From Dehalococcoidia bacterium (GTDB taxonomy: Bacteria; Chloroflexota; Dehalococcoidia; SM23-28-2; WHTN01), in NCBI GenBank assembly GCA_009377715.1, contig WHTN01000003.1, forward strand, positions 14,396 to 78,395: a DNA stretch of 64,000 nt, read 5' to 3'. Below, in pieces: positions 19,259 to 28,824 of this stretch. The position numbers were made by a program, and so were the translations under genes. The notes under the pieces were generated by a model. That model worked only from the letters and a program-made list of their open reading frames with translations. It had not been told where the DNA came from and searched no databases. Within the stretch, counting starts at the first letter, position 1. Each line of letters begins with the position of its first letter.

Positions 19259-19977
19259 GACCTAATCTCAGCGATCATCGCCGTGCGATAGCCTAGGCTT
19301 TTAATGAATGTAACTGCGCCTAATCCTGCCTCGTCGGCCAGCTCCGCCATCTCCTCTATCGTATAGGCGCGTTGCACAGATAGAGGCGCGTCGTGGCGCG
19401 TCAGCGGGTTCGTTGTTAACGTGCGACTAAGCGCCCAAGCGCTGAAATAGCCGAACCAGGTCCGCATGAGATCGTTTACGACGATACCGTGTTTGGCCAC
19501 CCTCCCCATCTCCGCAAGAGTTATTACAGCGTCCCGCGGGTTTAAGTGGTGAAGCAGTAGAGAGCATATTGCGACATCGAAGCTTCGCTTGGCGAAGGGC
19601 AAGCGTCTGGCATCAGCCAGCGCTACGTTGAGGGTTGTGTGTAACTCATCCGACAGAACATCGATGACCCCCAGGCTAAGGTCTACGGCGGTGACGGCTG
19701 CCCGGTATTCGCGGCGCTGCGCCCACGTCGCGATCGCACTTGGTATATCAGCCGCACCCGCACCAACATCGATGACCGTCAGTTCATCTCCCGGCTGTAG
19801 GTCAGGCAGCAACATCCTTAGCGCTCTTATGGTTAAACCCGTGCCTCCCAGCCACTTGTTTACCCGTTGCATGTCGGCTAGATTCGCAGCCAAAAGCACT
19901 GGATCGTGTCCCTCGCCGTCCAACATTTCTAGCTTTTCGCTTCTTATCATGCGAGGTGAGACTAACTTGATCATCAA
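19255..19977 (-). CDS. Class I SAM-dependent methyltransferase
   Basis: VIDVGAGAADIP motif I. 4-nt overlap with the downstream oxidoreductase. Confidence 0.7.
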   Translation of the reverse strand: MMIKLVSPRMIRSEKLEMLDGEGHDPVLLAANLADMQRVNKWLGGTGLTIRALRMLLPDLQPGDELTVIDVGAGAADIPSAIATWAQRREYRAAVTAVDLSLGVIDVLSDELHTTLNVALADARRLPFAKRSFDVAICSLLLHHLNPRDAVITLAEMGRVAKHGIVVNDLMRTWFGYFSAWALSRTLTTNPLTRHDAPLSVQRAYTIEEMAELADEAGLGAVTFIKSLGYRTAMIAEIRS

Positions 19978-20228
19978 TACGGTTATCCTGTCCCGAAAGA
20001 ACTAAAGCTAAGAGTTTGTGATAACTATAAAGTATACGGTTTAGGGTTGTCGCTAGCTTTTGAGTTTAGATTGCGGTCATTTCAGCGACGTAAAAAAGCC
20101 GCGATATCCCTTACAGACGTATCGCAATAGAGTTTGGTGAGCATTTTAAGCGTGGTATAACGGATTGAAGGTGCGAAAATAAAACAAAACAGTGGTCAGT
20201 GATTAAGGAGCAAATAAGGAGCGAATTT

Positions 20229-20441
20229 ATGGGATCCTCTTATGGGACGATCAACACGGTCAGCGGTGAGCGGTTGGACGTGATCAGGGGTAGTGGCGAT
20301 ATCCAGATCGTCGTCACCTGGCCGCAGGGCAGGGAAGACCGGTTGCGCTTGGCGATGAATGAGGTACGCGACCTGGCAATGCTTTTGCGTGAAGCGGCCG
20401 ATACAGAGCAGGGGCTACTCGACTCCACGGAATCAGGATAG
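20229..20441 (+). CDS. Hypothetical small protein (~71 aa)
   Basis: RBS AAGGAGCGAA before the ATG at 20229. AT-rich upstream region. Confidence 0.3.
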   Translation: MGSSYGTINTVSGERLDVIRGSGDIQIVVTWPQGREDRLRLAMNEVRDLAMLLREAADTEQGLLDSTESG

Positions 20442-20464
20442 GTCGGTGATTGCCTAGGAAGGCG

Positions 20465-21817
20465 TTAAGGACAGCCGAGAAGTCCGGCTATTTTATCGGC
20501 CGGAACCGGGCTGCTAAAGAGATAACCTTGAGCCTCATCACAGCCTATGGATTTAAGGAAGCCTAATTGTTCTTGAGTTTCTAAGCCTTCGGCTATCACT
20601 CGTAGGCCCAAAGTGTGGGCCATTTCGACGATCGATTGCACGATGCACTTTACTCGTGCGTCAGCTTCAATGCTTGAGATAAAGCTGCGGTCGATCTTCA
20701 CGGTGTTTATCGGCAGGCCGGCGAGCGCTCCCAAAGACGAATAGCCAGTACCGAAGTCGTCCATCGCTATGCTGACGCCGTCATCTTTAAGCTCACGCAG
20801 TGCCGTAATGCTGGCCAACGCATCCGACATCGCCAGGCTTTCAGTAACTTCTACCTCTAAGCTTTCGGGAGATATGCCACTGCTCTTAAGCGCCTCTGCG
20901 ACCATTCGGCGGGCGACTCCGTGCTCCAGGTCCCGTCTCGAAAGGTTAACCGCCATGTGTAGGTCTGTAGCGCTGCGCTCTTGCCACTGCCTCAGTTGAG
21001 CGCTGGCAGTCCGGAGGACGAACTCGTCGATCGAAGTTATAAAGCCTGTCGCTTCGGCAATTGGTATGAATTCAGAAGGCGGAATGATCCCTCGCTCTGG
21101 ATGTAACCAGCGCACAAGGGCCTCTACCCCGGTGATCTTTCCGGTCGTAAGAGAAACAAGTGGCTGGTAATAGACTGTAAGCTCGTTGTGGTCGAGGGCA
21201 CTGTGAAGTTCCGTCTCCAGCAGCAGCCTATCTTTCGCTTTAGCGTATCGTGTGTCGTCGAAAATGGCGATGCCCGAACGGCTCGCCTTGGCTTCGTCTG
21301 TGGCCATCTCGGCGCAGGCAAGGACGTCGTCGGCGTGGCTGTATGCGCTGCTTCCTAAGGCGACACCGAAGGTAAACTCAACAGCGATCGATCTTTCGTA
21401 AATATCGAAAGGAGCCGCAAAAACGTCTCGAACTCGTTCAGCGAACTCTCGGGCCGCCTCTCTTAAGGCGCCAGTTTCTGCAAGGATGGCGTATTTGTCT
21501 CCCCCTATACGCGCCAGCTCTGCGGAGCCGATAAAGATGCCGCTCAGCCTGCGGGCCACAGCCATCAAGAGTTGATCGCCGGCGTTGTAGCCGAACGTTC
21601 CGTTAAAGGCTTTGAGCCGGCGAACGTCTAACGCAACGACAGCGAAGTTATAGTTAGCGTCACGCCTGGAGCGCCAGAGTGCCTCTCCGATCTGGCCTAT
21701 GAAGTTGGAGCGATCGGGCAAACCGGTGAGCGGATCGCGAAAACTTGGGGACGCGATACGCTGTCCCCAACTCTCGTGCGAAGAGCTGTTTTTGTTCGAG
21801 AACCTTCTTGCTAGCAA
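20465..21817 (-). CDS. GGDEF-EAL domain protein (c-di-GMP phosphodiesterase with a degenerate GGDEF domain)
   Basis: RDPLTGLPDRSNF GGDEF start. The A-site reads GGDKY (degenerate). EAL domain with EALVRW and later conserved motifs. Confidence 0.75.
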   Translation of the reverse strand: MLARRFSNKNSSSHESWGQRIASPSFRDPLTGLPDRSNFIGQIGEALWRSRRDANYNFAVVALDVRRLKAFNGTFGYNAGDQLLMAVARRLSGIFIGSAELARIGGDKYAILAETGALREAAREFAERVRDVFAAPFDIYERSIAVEFTFGVALGSSAYSHADDVLACAEMATDEAKASRSGIAIFDDTRYAKAKDRLLLETELHSALDHNELTVYYQPLVSLTTGKITGVEALVRWLHPERGIIPPSEFIPIAEATGFITSIDEFVLRTASAQLRQWQERSATDLHMAVNLSRRDLEHGVARRMVAEALKSSGISPESLEVEVTESLAMSDALASITALRELKDDGVSIAMDDFGTGYSSLGALAGLPINTVKIDRSFISSIEADARVKCIVQSIVEMAHTLGLRVIAEGLETQEQLGFLKSIGCDEAQGYLFSSPVPADKIAGLLGCP

Positions 21818-21904
21818 GCTGAAGTTATTATCGTTGGAGGTTCTCGCCGTTTTCTCGCCAAAAACTTAAACGCGCGTCCGCGACAGCTTTCATGGCCTAT
21901 ACTC

Positions 21905-22462
21905 GTGATGGAGAACGGTGTTTTGATGCTTGTAAGCACTGCAGAACGGTACGCTTGGCTTACCGCTGGCGATCGAGAATTACTACTACAATGCCGCGAA
22001 GAGCACTATCGCTCCGGTGGCCCCGGAGGCCAGAGAAGGAATAAAGTCGAGACGGCCGTCCGAGTTTATCACTTGCCAACCGGGCTGATTGCTTACTCGG
22101 ACGACTCGCGATTAGTTGCGGAGAACCGCCCTAAGGCACTGCGCCGTCTGCGCGAAAGGATCGCCCTTGCGGTGCGAACCCCGTTTGATCTGGACTTGCC
22201 GAGGCTTCCTGCAGGGTTCGCGGCTCAACGGGGAGCTAACGGCAGCCTCTCCGTCAACAAAAGCAACCCAGTATACCCGGTGATTGTGGCGACGGCATTG
22301 GATTCGCTAGACGCTGCCGGCGGAAGTTACGCGGAAGCGGCAAAAGCATTAGGGCTCACGACTAGCCAGTTCATCCGCTTCCTACGTTCTGATCCAGAAG
22401 TATGGCGAGCGATAGAAGAGGCAAAAGCCAAGAAAGAGGCTTATGTCTCTAAGTCGAAATAA
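21905..22462 (+). CDS. RF-1 domain (GGQ motif) peptidyl-tRNA hydrolase family protein
   Basis: SGGPGGQRRNKVETAV GGQ motif typical of ArfB/class-I release-factor domain proteins. Confidence 0.6.
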   Translation: MMENGVLMLVSTAERYAWLTAGDRELLLQCREEHYRSGGPGGQRRNKVETAVRVYHLPTGLIAYSDDSRLVAENRPKALRRLRERIALAVRTPFDLDLPRLPAGFAAQRGANGSLSVNKSNPVYPVIVATALDSLDAAGGSYAEAAKALGLTTSQFIRFLRSDPEVWRAIEEAKAKKEAYVSKSK

Positions 22463-22487
22463 GGCGATTTCGCCTTGAGTTGACAAA

Positions 22488-22622
22488 CATGTCGCTCTGA
22501 GCACTTCGCTTCGCTCAGCATAAACTCCGCTAAGAGGCTGACGTACGCAGGCATTCAACGTAGATTCTTCGCTTCGGGGGGTTTATCCTGAGGCATCGAA
22601 GGGTCGCTCTAGAATGACACTA
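22488..22622. repeat. MITE-like repeat of two inverted family-B modules (GTCGCTCTGAGC...CTCAGCATAAACTCC / GGTTTATCCTGAGG...GCTCTAGAATGAC)
   Basis: Internal inverted symmetry. Modules shared with 27865, 41189 and 52623. Confidence 0.6.
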
Positions 22623-22673
22623 GTCGACGGTCGCCTTGACTGCCTTGTCGGCGCTTGCTAAGATCGATTTCAC

Positions 22674-22750
22674 GGGCGGTTAGCTCAGTCGGCCAGAGCG
22701 CAGCGTTGACATCGCTGAGGTCAGTGGTTCAAGTCCACTACCGCCCACCA
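22674..22750 (+). tRNA. tRNA-Val (anticodon GAC)
   Basis: GGGCGGTTAGCTCAGTCGGCCAGAGC...anticodon loop TTGACAT...GGTTCAAGTCCACTACCGCCCACCA. Confidence 0.9.
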
Positions 22751-22764
22751 TGTGAATATTAGCG

Positions 22765-22990
22765 CTGAATAGGACACGCGACGTCCGGTACGTCACCAGA
22801 GAAGGGGCCATGGCTGAAAGCTCCTGGCCAATGCAGGTCGTCGCACCACCTAGGAGCTGGGAGGGCGAAAGCGATCGTAAATAGCTTTCTCCGGAGGCAC
22901 CGTTAAAGGCCCGAACGAGCCCACCTTTAGGTGGGGAACGTGGGTGGAACCACGGAAGGATCTTCCTCCCGTCCCGCAAGGGACGGGAGT
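22765..22990 (+). ncRNA. T-box-like leader upstream of thrS
   Basis: AGAGA-like stem I elements. T-box-like sequence GGGTGGAACCACGG (UGGA bulge matches the U discriminator of the tRNA-Thr in this window). Followed by terminator CTCCCGTCCCGCAAGGGACGGGAG-TTTTT. Confidence 0.5.
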
Positions 22991-22992
22991 TT

Positions 22993-24750
22993 TTGTTTCA
23001 AGGAGTAGATACGATGGCAGTCGAATTAAGTAACATAAGCAAAGAGGAGCGGTTGCACAGGATGCGCCACTCCGCGGCACACATCATGGCAGAAGCCGTG
23101 CTCGAAATCTTTCCTGAGGCGAAGTTCGCTATCGGCCCGCCCATAGACACCGGTTTCTATTACGATTTCGATCTGCCCAGACCTCTCACCCCGGGGGACT
23201 TGCCGGTCATCGAAGCGAAGATGCGTGAACGCATAGCCAGTAATGTGCCATTCGTTTATTCGGACATAAGCAAAGACGAGGCGCGACAGCTTTTCGGAAG
23301 CCAGCCCTATAAGCTTGAGATCATCGAGGAGATCCCCGATCAAGAGGTAAGCCTCTATAAGCATGCGAATTTCGTAGACCTTTGCCAGGGCCCGCACGTC
23401 AATACCACCGCGGACGTCCCGGCGTTCAAGCTGGTTAGCACAGCGGGCGCCTACTGGCGCGGCGACGAGAGCCGCCCCATGTTGCAGCGTATTTACGGCG
23501 CTCTTTTTGAGACAGAGGAAGAGCTAAGCGGATACTTGCAGCACGTCGAGGAGGCGCAGCGTCGAGACCATCGCCGCTTGGGACGTGAACTCCAGCTTTT
23601 CATGACCGATCCCGTGGCGCCGGGCAGCCCGTTTTTCTTCCCGAAGGGCGCGTTCATCTATAACCGTCTAGTGCAATATGTGCGAGACCTTTACAAAGAA
23701 TACGGTTACGAAGAGGTGATAAGCCCGCAGGTCTACGGTGTAGATCTGTGGCGGCGCTCCGGGCACTACGAGAACTATCAGGAGAATATGTTCTTTATCG
23801 ACATCGAAGACCGAGAGTTCGGTCTAAAGCCGATGAACTGCCCCGGCCACGCGATGATGTACGCGGCGCGGACGCATTCTTACCGCGAGCTTCCAATACG
23901 GTACGCTGACTTCAGCAGGCTACACCGCTTCGAACGCTCCGGTGTATTGCACGGCCTAACTCGCGTTCGCAGCTTCGCCCAAGACGATTCCCACATATTC
24001 TGTACCCCTGACCAAGTTCAGGCCGAAGTCCACAATTTCCTACGCATGCTCTTGGATACGTACAAGATATTCAGCTTTAGCGATGTGCGCATTCAGCTTT
24101 CGCTGCGGCCTGAGAAGCGTGTAGGTACCGACGGGATGTGGGACCGGGCAGAAGATGCGTTGCGTAGGGCGCTGAACACTCAGGAGATCGATTTCCTTGA
24201 AATCCCCGGCGAGGGTGCGTTCTACGGCCCCAAGATCGATTTCATGGTGACGGACGCCTTGGATAGAGAATGGCAACTCGGCACCGTGCAGCTAGACTTC
24301 AATCTCCCTGAGCGCTTTGACCTCGAATACGTTACCGAAGATGGAAGCCGCGAACGGCCCGTCATGGTGCATCGTGCGGTATTAGGGTCGCTGGAGCGAT
24401 TCATTGGCGTGCTCATCGAGCACTACGCAGGCGCCTTTCCCCTGTGGCTCGCTCCAGTGCAGGCGACCCTGATCCCAATTGCCGATCGACATGCGGAGTA
24501 TTGTCGTGATGCGGCTGCCTTCCTAAGTAAATCCGGACTGCGAATCGAAGTGGACGCAAGCAATGAGCGCATGAACGCCAAAATACGGCAGGCGCAACTG
24601 CAAAAGGTGCCGTACATGCTCGTCGTCGGAGATCGAGAACTCGAAGCAGAAGCTGTATCCGTTCGCAGTAGAAGCGGTGAAGACCTAGGCTCCATGAAAG
24701 TTCCCGAACTTCAAGCCCGTCTACTTCACGAAATCGAAACGTATAAGTAA
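22993..24750 (+). CDS. thrS: Threonine--tRNA ligase (short form lacking the N-terminal TGS domain)
   Basis: Editing-domain HxxxH (HSAAHIM), class II catalytic motifs (FRVRSFAQDDSHIF, GxGxGxER) and anticodon-binding domain. Confidence 0.9.
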   Translation: MFQGVDTMAVELSNISKEERLHRMRHSAAHIMAEAVLEIFPEAKFAIGPPIDTGFYYDFDLPRPLTPGDLPVIEAKMRERIASNVPFVYSDISKDEARQLFGSQPYKLEIIEEIPDQEVSLYKHANFVDLCQGPHVNTTADVPAFKLVSTAGAYWRGDESRPMLQRIYGALFETEEELSGYLQHVEEAQRRDHRRLGRELQLFMTDPVAPGSPFFFPKGAFIYNRLVQYVRDLYKEYGYEEVISPQVYGVDLWRRSGHYENYQENMFFIDIEDREFGLKPMNCPGHAMMYAARTHSYRELPIRYADFSRLHRFERSGVLHGLTRVRSFAQDDSHIFCTPDQVQAEVHNFLRMLLDTYKIFSFSDVRIQLSLRPEKRVGTDGMWDRAEDALRRALNTQEIDFLEIPGEGAFYGPKIDFMVTDALDREWQLGTVQLDFNLPERFDLEYVTEDGSRERPVMVHRAVLGSLERFIGVLIEHYAGAFPLWLAPVQATLIPIADRHAEYCRDAAAFLSKSGLRIEVDASNERMNAKIRQAQLQKVPYMLVVGDRELEAEAVSVRSRSGEDLGSMKVPELQARLLHEIETYK

Positions 24751-24922
24751 TTGTCGCTGTGGTTAGACTATAGCGAGGCCTAGATCGTGTAACACTGTCT
24801 CGTTTAGTACGCCATAGTCTTATAGATAAATCTATGGACGTGACGGTTAACTTAATGGTAGCCTGAGTTGTTTAATATATAAACTGCTAAAGTTGGGACG
24901 ATAGTAGTAGGGCTAACTATAG

Positions 24923-25507
24923 ATGCAAAATATTATCACAGGCCACTGGGAAACCACCGATGCGGCAGCCGAGGTTGAAGAGGAAGAACGCGGGAGCACT
25001 GATGGTGGATTTGTCTCACGCTACAACGAGTATTTTCCTAAGGTCTTTGCCTATTTGTATAGCCGGGTCCAAAATAGGGAAGCTGCTCAGGATTTAGTAG
25101 GAGAAGTCTTCGAAAAAGCCTTCGCGAAGTCAGAAAACTTACGGTCAAAAGACGCATTTGGCGCCTGGCTATTTACAATAGCTAGAAATACTGCAGCTTC
25201 TTACTGGCGTAAGCAAAAACTGGCTGCTAATGCACTCAGGGCCATCGGGTGGCAGACCGAGCTTTTCGATATCTCACCGGAGGAATCAGTTTTAGAGCAC
25301 GAAAGGATCGGGGTACTGATAAGTCTGTTGCAAGAATTGCCTCAAAGAGAGCAAGATATTTTGTCGCTGCGGTTTGATGCAGATTTATCTAATCGCGATA
25401 TCGCGAAAGTTATGGGTATAAGCGAGGTAAACGTTAGGGTTATTATTTATCGCGCTATACGCAAATTACGGGATCAAATGAACGACATCCTACCTTCTGC
25501 CATGTAA
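24923..25507 (+). CDS. ECF subfamily RNA polymerase sigma-70 factor
   Basis: Region 2 (YLYSRVQNREAAQDLVGEVFEKAF) and region 4 HTH (LSNRDIAKVMGISEVNVRVIIYRA). AT-rich upstream region. Confidence 0.75.
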   Translation: MQNIITGHWETTDAAAEVEEEERGSTDGGFVSRYNEYFPKVFAYLYSRVQNREAAQDLVGEVFEKAFAKSENLRSKDAFGAWLFTIARNTAASYWRKQKLAANALRAIGWQTELFDISPEESVLEHERIGVLISLLQELPQREQDILSLRFDADLSNRDIAKVMGISEVNVRVIIYRAIRKLRDQMNDILPSAM

Positions 25508-25527
25508 TACCCTCATATACAAATAGT

Positions 25528-25558
25528 GACACCGCTTTCACCAAGGGAAAGCGGTGTC
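25528..25558. terminator. Hairpin terminator (GACACCGCTTTC-ACCAAG-GGAAAGCGGTGTC) between the convergent sigma and XRE units
   Basis: Perfect 12-bp stem directly after the sigma factor stop. Weak T-tract. Confidence 0.4.
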
Positions 25559-25577
25559 TTCGCGTACTGCCCAGTGA

Positions 25578-25754
25578 ATTACTCGGACGGGTCGTGACGA
25601 CGCTCTCGCATCATCTCGTATAACAGGTTTTCGACCGCCAGCAACAGCAGTAGCGCCATCCTCTGCTGCCGGCGAGGCATCCTTGATAAATGCTGAAGTA
25701 GATCGAAATCGATCTTTTCAGCAAGCGCGATGCGGTCTTCAAATTTGTCTGCCA
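25578..25754 (-). CDS. Hypothetical 58-aa protein downstream of the XRE regulator
   Basis: ATG at 25754. Reads MADKFEDRIALAEKIDFDLLQHLSRMPRRQQRMALLLLAVENLLYEMMRERRHDPSE. Not in the ORF track (under 60 aa). Co-directional and 20 nt after the XRE gene. Confidence 0.3.
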
Positions 25755-25773
25755 TATTAGCTGGGGATCCTCA

Positions 25774-26166
25774 CTATATTTCGTTCTTCGGTTCAGGCCG
25801 GGCGCTTAATATAGCACCCTCTACAACATTTCCAAGTCCTTCCAAGAGGTAAAGCAATCGGCGTTGGTGGTCTCGAGACATATGACCAAGGTAGCGCAAA
25901 AGATCTGGATCTACTTGTGCCTCATAGCCCTCGTAGGAGCGGCGCAAGGTGCGTACGGACGGATAACCGGCCGCCTCGAAGAGCTCATCTGGGTTAACGT
26001 GCATGGCTTCCGCAAGGCGTAGTAAGACAGCCGCACTCGGGTTCTTAACATCCCCGTTTTCGATTTGTGAAAGATATGCCTGGCTGAGGTCTGCAGCTAG
26101 CGATAATTGTCCTTGACTTGCCCCCATCGATTGCCTGAATTCTCTGATCTTACTCCCAAGTTCCAT
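25774..26166 (-). CDS. XRE family helix-turn-helix transcriptional regulator
   Basis: N-terminal HTH_3: SKIREFRQSMGASQGQLSLAADLSQAYLSQIENG. Confidence 0.75.
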   Translation of the reverse strand: MELGSKIREFRQSMGASQGQLSLAADLSQAYLSQIENGDVKNPSAAVLLRLAEAMHVNPDELFEAAGYPSVRTLRRSYEGYEAQVDPDLLRYLGHMSRDHQRRLLYLLEGLGNVVEGAILSARPEPKNEI

Positions 26167-26372
26167 TGCTTCTCCTCAATGGTAGACGTAATTCTTGCAT
26201 TCGGTCTTACAGGAGTCAAGAAGGGTTCGCTTCCGGTTGGCTGACTCCATAAAGGACGTCCTTGACCATTTATTAGTCTCTTAATAGAGACGGAGAAGAG
26301 AGGGTGGAGTTACAAAAAGAGAAGACTTCTTGGGGTTCTTAAAGGCAGAAAAAACGACCCAAATAGGGCGGG

Positions 26373-27131
26373 CTAGCGGAACATATCCAGCTCGGGGGCG
26401 CGGACTAAGTCGGTCGCCTTGCCCTCGCCTTGGGGATAATCGTAACCGCGTACGATAACCACCGGCACCCTTTCCAGCTTGCCCATCGCTAACTCTGCGG
26501 CCGAAGCGAGCTCGTCCGCTGTGGCCATAACCGTGGCCCGCAAGTTGTAGCCGTGCGGGTCTTTCTGGTCGACGTAGTCCCGCTTCGCCGACATACCGGC
26601 CACGCCAACCGCAACATCCACTATCCCATCGCGCCACGGCCGACCGAAGCTGTCCGATATTACCACTGCCACGTCGATTCCCAGCAGGTTCATAATACTG
26701 GACCGGATTCCAAAGGCAGAGCGGTCCGCATCTTCTGGAAGTAGCGCGACGACCTCCTTATCGGGAACGTTTGAGGCATCGACGCCTGAGTTCGCACAGA
26801 CGAAGCCATGCTTCGTCTCCGTTATGATGACGCCGTGGTCCATGCGAACGATCCTGCGGCTCTCCTGCAAAACGATCTCCACCAGCCGGGCGTCTTTGGC
26901 ATAGGTTTCTGCGATCTCGCAAGCGAAAGGAGACGGTGTCACGTCCCGGAGGTCTACCAGACGGCCTTCTGCTTTGGAGACGATCTTCTGGGTGATCACT
27001 ACTACGTCCCGCTCTTGCAATTCGGTTCCTTGTTCGCGGGCGGCTTCGATGATAAGCGCGGTTAGATCCTGACCCGGTAGTATTTCGGGCAGACCTCGCA
27101 GAGGGATAAGGCGTATTTCTTGACTAGCCAT
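26373..27131 (-). CDS. cofE: Coenzyme F420-0:L-glutamate ligase (CofE/FbiB N-domain family)
   Basis: VVVITQKIVSKAEGR and ISDSFGRPWRDGIVDVAVGVAGM motifs. Confidence 0.8.
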   Translation of the reverse strand: MASQEIRLIPLRGLPEILPGQDLTALIIEAAREQGTELQERDVVVITQKIVSKAEGRLVDLRDVTPSPFACEIAETYAKDARLVEIVLQESRRIVRMDHGVIITETKHGFVCANSGVDASNVPDKEVVALLPEDADRSAFGIRSSIMNLLGIDVAVVISDSFGRPWRDGIVDVAVGVAGMSAKRDYVDQKDPHGYNLRATVMATADELASAAELAMGKLERVPVVIVRGYDYPQGEGKATDLVRAPELDMFR

Positions 27132-27140
27132 GGGCCTGGC

Positions 27141-27800
27141 TTACACTCCCGTGATCTTGATCGCGGAATGCGTCTTATAGTGCCGGTTGACGCTGATTAG
27201 CGCTGCCGTGAAGCCTTCGACATAGCGGGACACGGCTAAGACGCCTCCATCTATCGCTCGCACACCCTCTATCTTGTCGGTCAGGGCCATAACAACGCTT
27301 TTCGCGTCGCGGTCGTTCCCACAGATGATGACGTCGGCATCGATCGGCTTCTCGACTTTCGCCAGTTCGCTCGCATCTAGGTGATGAAAGCCGCTAACGA
27401 CTTTTGCTCGCGGCAAGAGCGCTTGGGCTTGCTCTGCAGCTGACCCTTCGGCTACAGATATGATCCGAGGCTGCCGATCGACGAACTCTAGTGGTACTAC
27501 GACATCGACGACTACTTTGTCTTCGACAACCCCGCTTATAGATTTCAAGGCTTCCACGTGCCCTGCGATCGGGACAGCGACGAAGACGATATCGGCTGCC
27601 TTCGCAGCCTCAGCGTTGCTCATCCCGCGCACTTCGCGGTTGGGCAGCAAGCTGGCGACTTTCTCCGTGGCCTCAGCCGCTCGTTCGGCGGACCGCGATC
27701 CGATGATCACATTCTCGCCGGCGTGAGCGAAGCGCATCGCTAAACCAAAGCCCTCTTGGCCGGTGCCGCCGATTATTGCTATAACGTACCTTGCCTCCAT
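27141..27800 (-). CDS. npdG: NADPH-dependent F420 reductase (Npd/Fno family)
   Basis: IAIIGGTGQEGFGLAMRFAHAGENVIIGSR Rossmann motif with Fno-like length. Confidence 0.8.
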   Translation of the reverse strand: MEARYVIAIIGGTGQEGFGLAMRFAHAGENVIIGSRSAERAAEATEKVASLLPNREVRGMSNAEAAKAADIVFVAVPIAGHVEALKSISGVVEDKVVVDVVVPLEFVDRQPRIISVAEGSAAEQAQALLPRAKVVSGFHHLDASELAKVEKPIDADVIICGNDRDAKSVVMALTDKIEGVRAIDGGVLAVSRYVEGFTAALISVNRHYKTHSAIKITGV

Positions 27801-27864
27801 AAAAAATGACTGCGCTTAGTATAAAGGCGTGGGAGGACTAAGACTATATATAGGGACCTAAAAT

Positions 27865-27920
27865 GTCACTTTGAGCACTTCCCGCGATCAGCATAAACTC
27901 CGCGAAGAGTCTACGTAAAC
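27865..27920. repeat. Family-B intergenic repeat copy
   Basis: GTCACTTTGAGCACTTCCCGCGATCAGCATAAACTCCGCGAAGAGTCTACGTAAAC. Confidence 0.6.
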
Positions 27921-28005
27921 ATTATTCAAACGCAGTGAATTTTGTGTGGAGTTTGCCGTGAGAGGCTATCGAAGGGAGTCGCTAGGACGACGCTTGATTA
28001 GTTTA

Positions 28006-28785
28006 CTAGCCCTTTGGCTGGTGCCTACGCTCGACGAGTCGAGCAAGAACGATGCCGATGCCATAGAGGACGATTATTGGCCCTGCCACGAACGACTGGG
28101 TAACCGGGTCAATGCTTGGTGTAACGACTGCCGCCAACACGAACGCTACGATGAGTGCAGCTCGCCACATACGTATAAGTTTCCCTGAGGTCGTGAGGCC
28201 TATACGGGCCAGGAACATAAGCACGAGAGGAATTTCGAAAGTTACCCCTGTCCAAAAGACTAGGCGCGTTACGAAGTCGATGTACGGCCCTATACGTATG
28301 AACGGCTCCGCCTGGTCGTCGCCGAAGCCGAACAGGAAACCGACGGCGGGCGGCATCATTATGTAATAGGCGAAAGCTGCTCCGCCCAAAAACGATAGGC
28401 TTGCCCCGAAGACGGTTGGGAGCAGCCACCGCTTTTCGTCCTTCGTCAGCGCCGGCGTAACGAACATGAGGGCTTGATACACAACTACGGGCATAGCCAG
28501 GATAAAGCCGCCTAGAAGGGCGACGCGAAAGTAGCTGCCGATATATCCGAGCGGTTCTGTGAAGATTAAGCGAAAGTCTTCGACCTCGTTTTCGGCGGGT
28601 CGGGCAAGAAAGTCGATGATATCTTGTGTAAAATAAACCGAAACGCCAGTAGCTATGGTTACCGCTAGGGCGGAGATAAGTAGACGATTTCGTAGCTCCT
28701 GGAGGTGCTCCAGGAGCGTTAAGTACTTCCCCTCTTCAGGCTCCGGCTCTACGGTTTGGCGCTCCGGATCTTGTTGAACGCTCAT
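28006..28785 (-). CDS. tatC: Twin-arginine translocase subunit TatC
   Basis: Six-TM profile. LQELRNRLLISALAV N-terminal motif typical of TatC. Confidence 0.85.
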   Translation of the reverse strand: MSVQQDPERQTVEPEPEEGKYLTLLEHLQELRNRLLISALAVTIATGVSVYFTQDIIDFLARPAENEVEDFRLIFTEPLGYIGSYFRVALLGGFILAMPVVVYQALMFVTPALTKDEKRWLLPTVFGASLSFLGGAAFAYYIMMPPAVGFLFGFGDDQAEPFIRIGPYIDFVTRLVFWTGVTFEIPLVLMFLARIGLTTSGKLIRMWRAALIVAFVLAAVVTPSIDPVTQSFVAGPIIVLYGIGIVLARLVERRHQPKG

Positions 28786-28824
28786 AGCAATCTGCCGTCA
28801 TTACGAGCGGGGTAAGGGTTGGAA

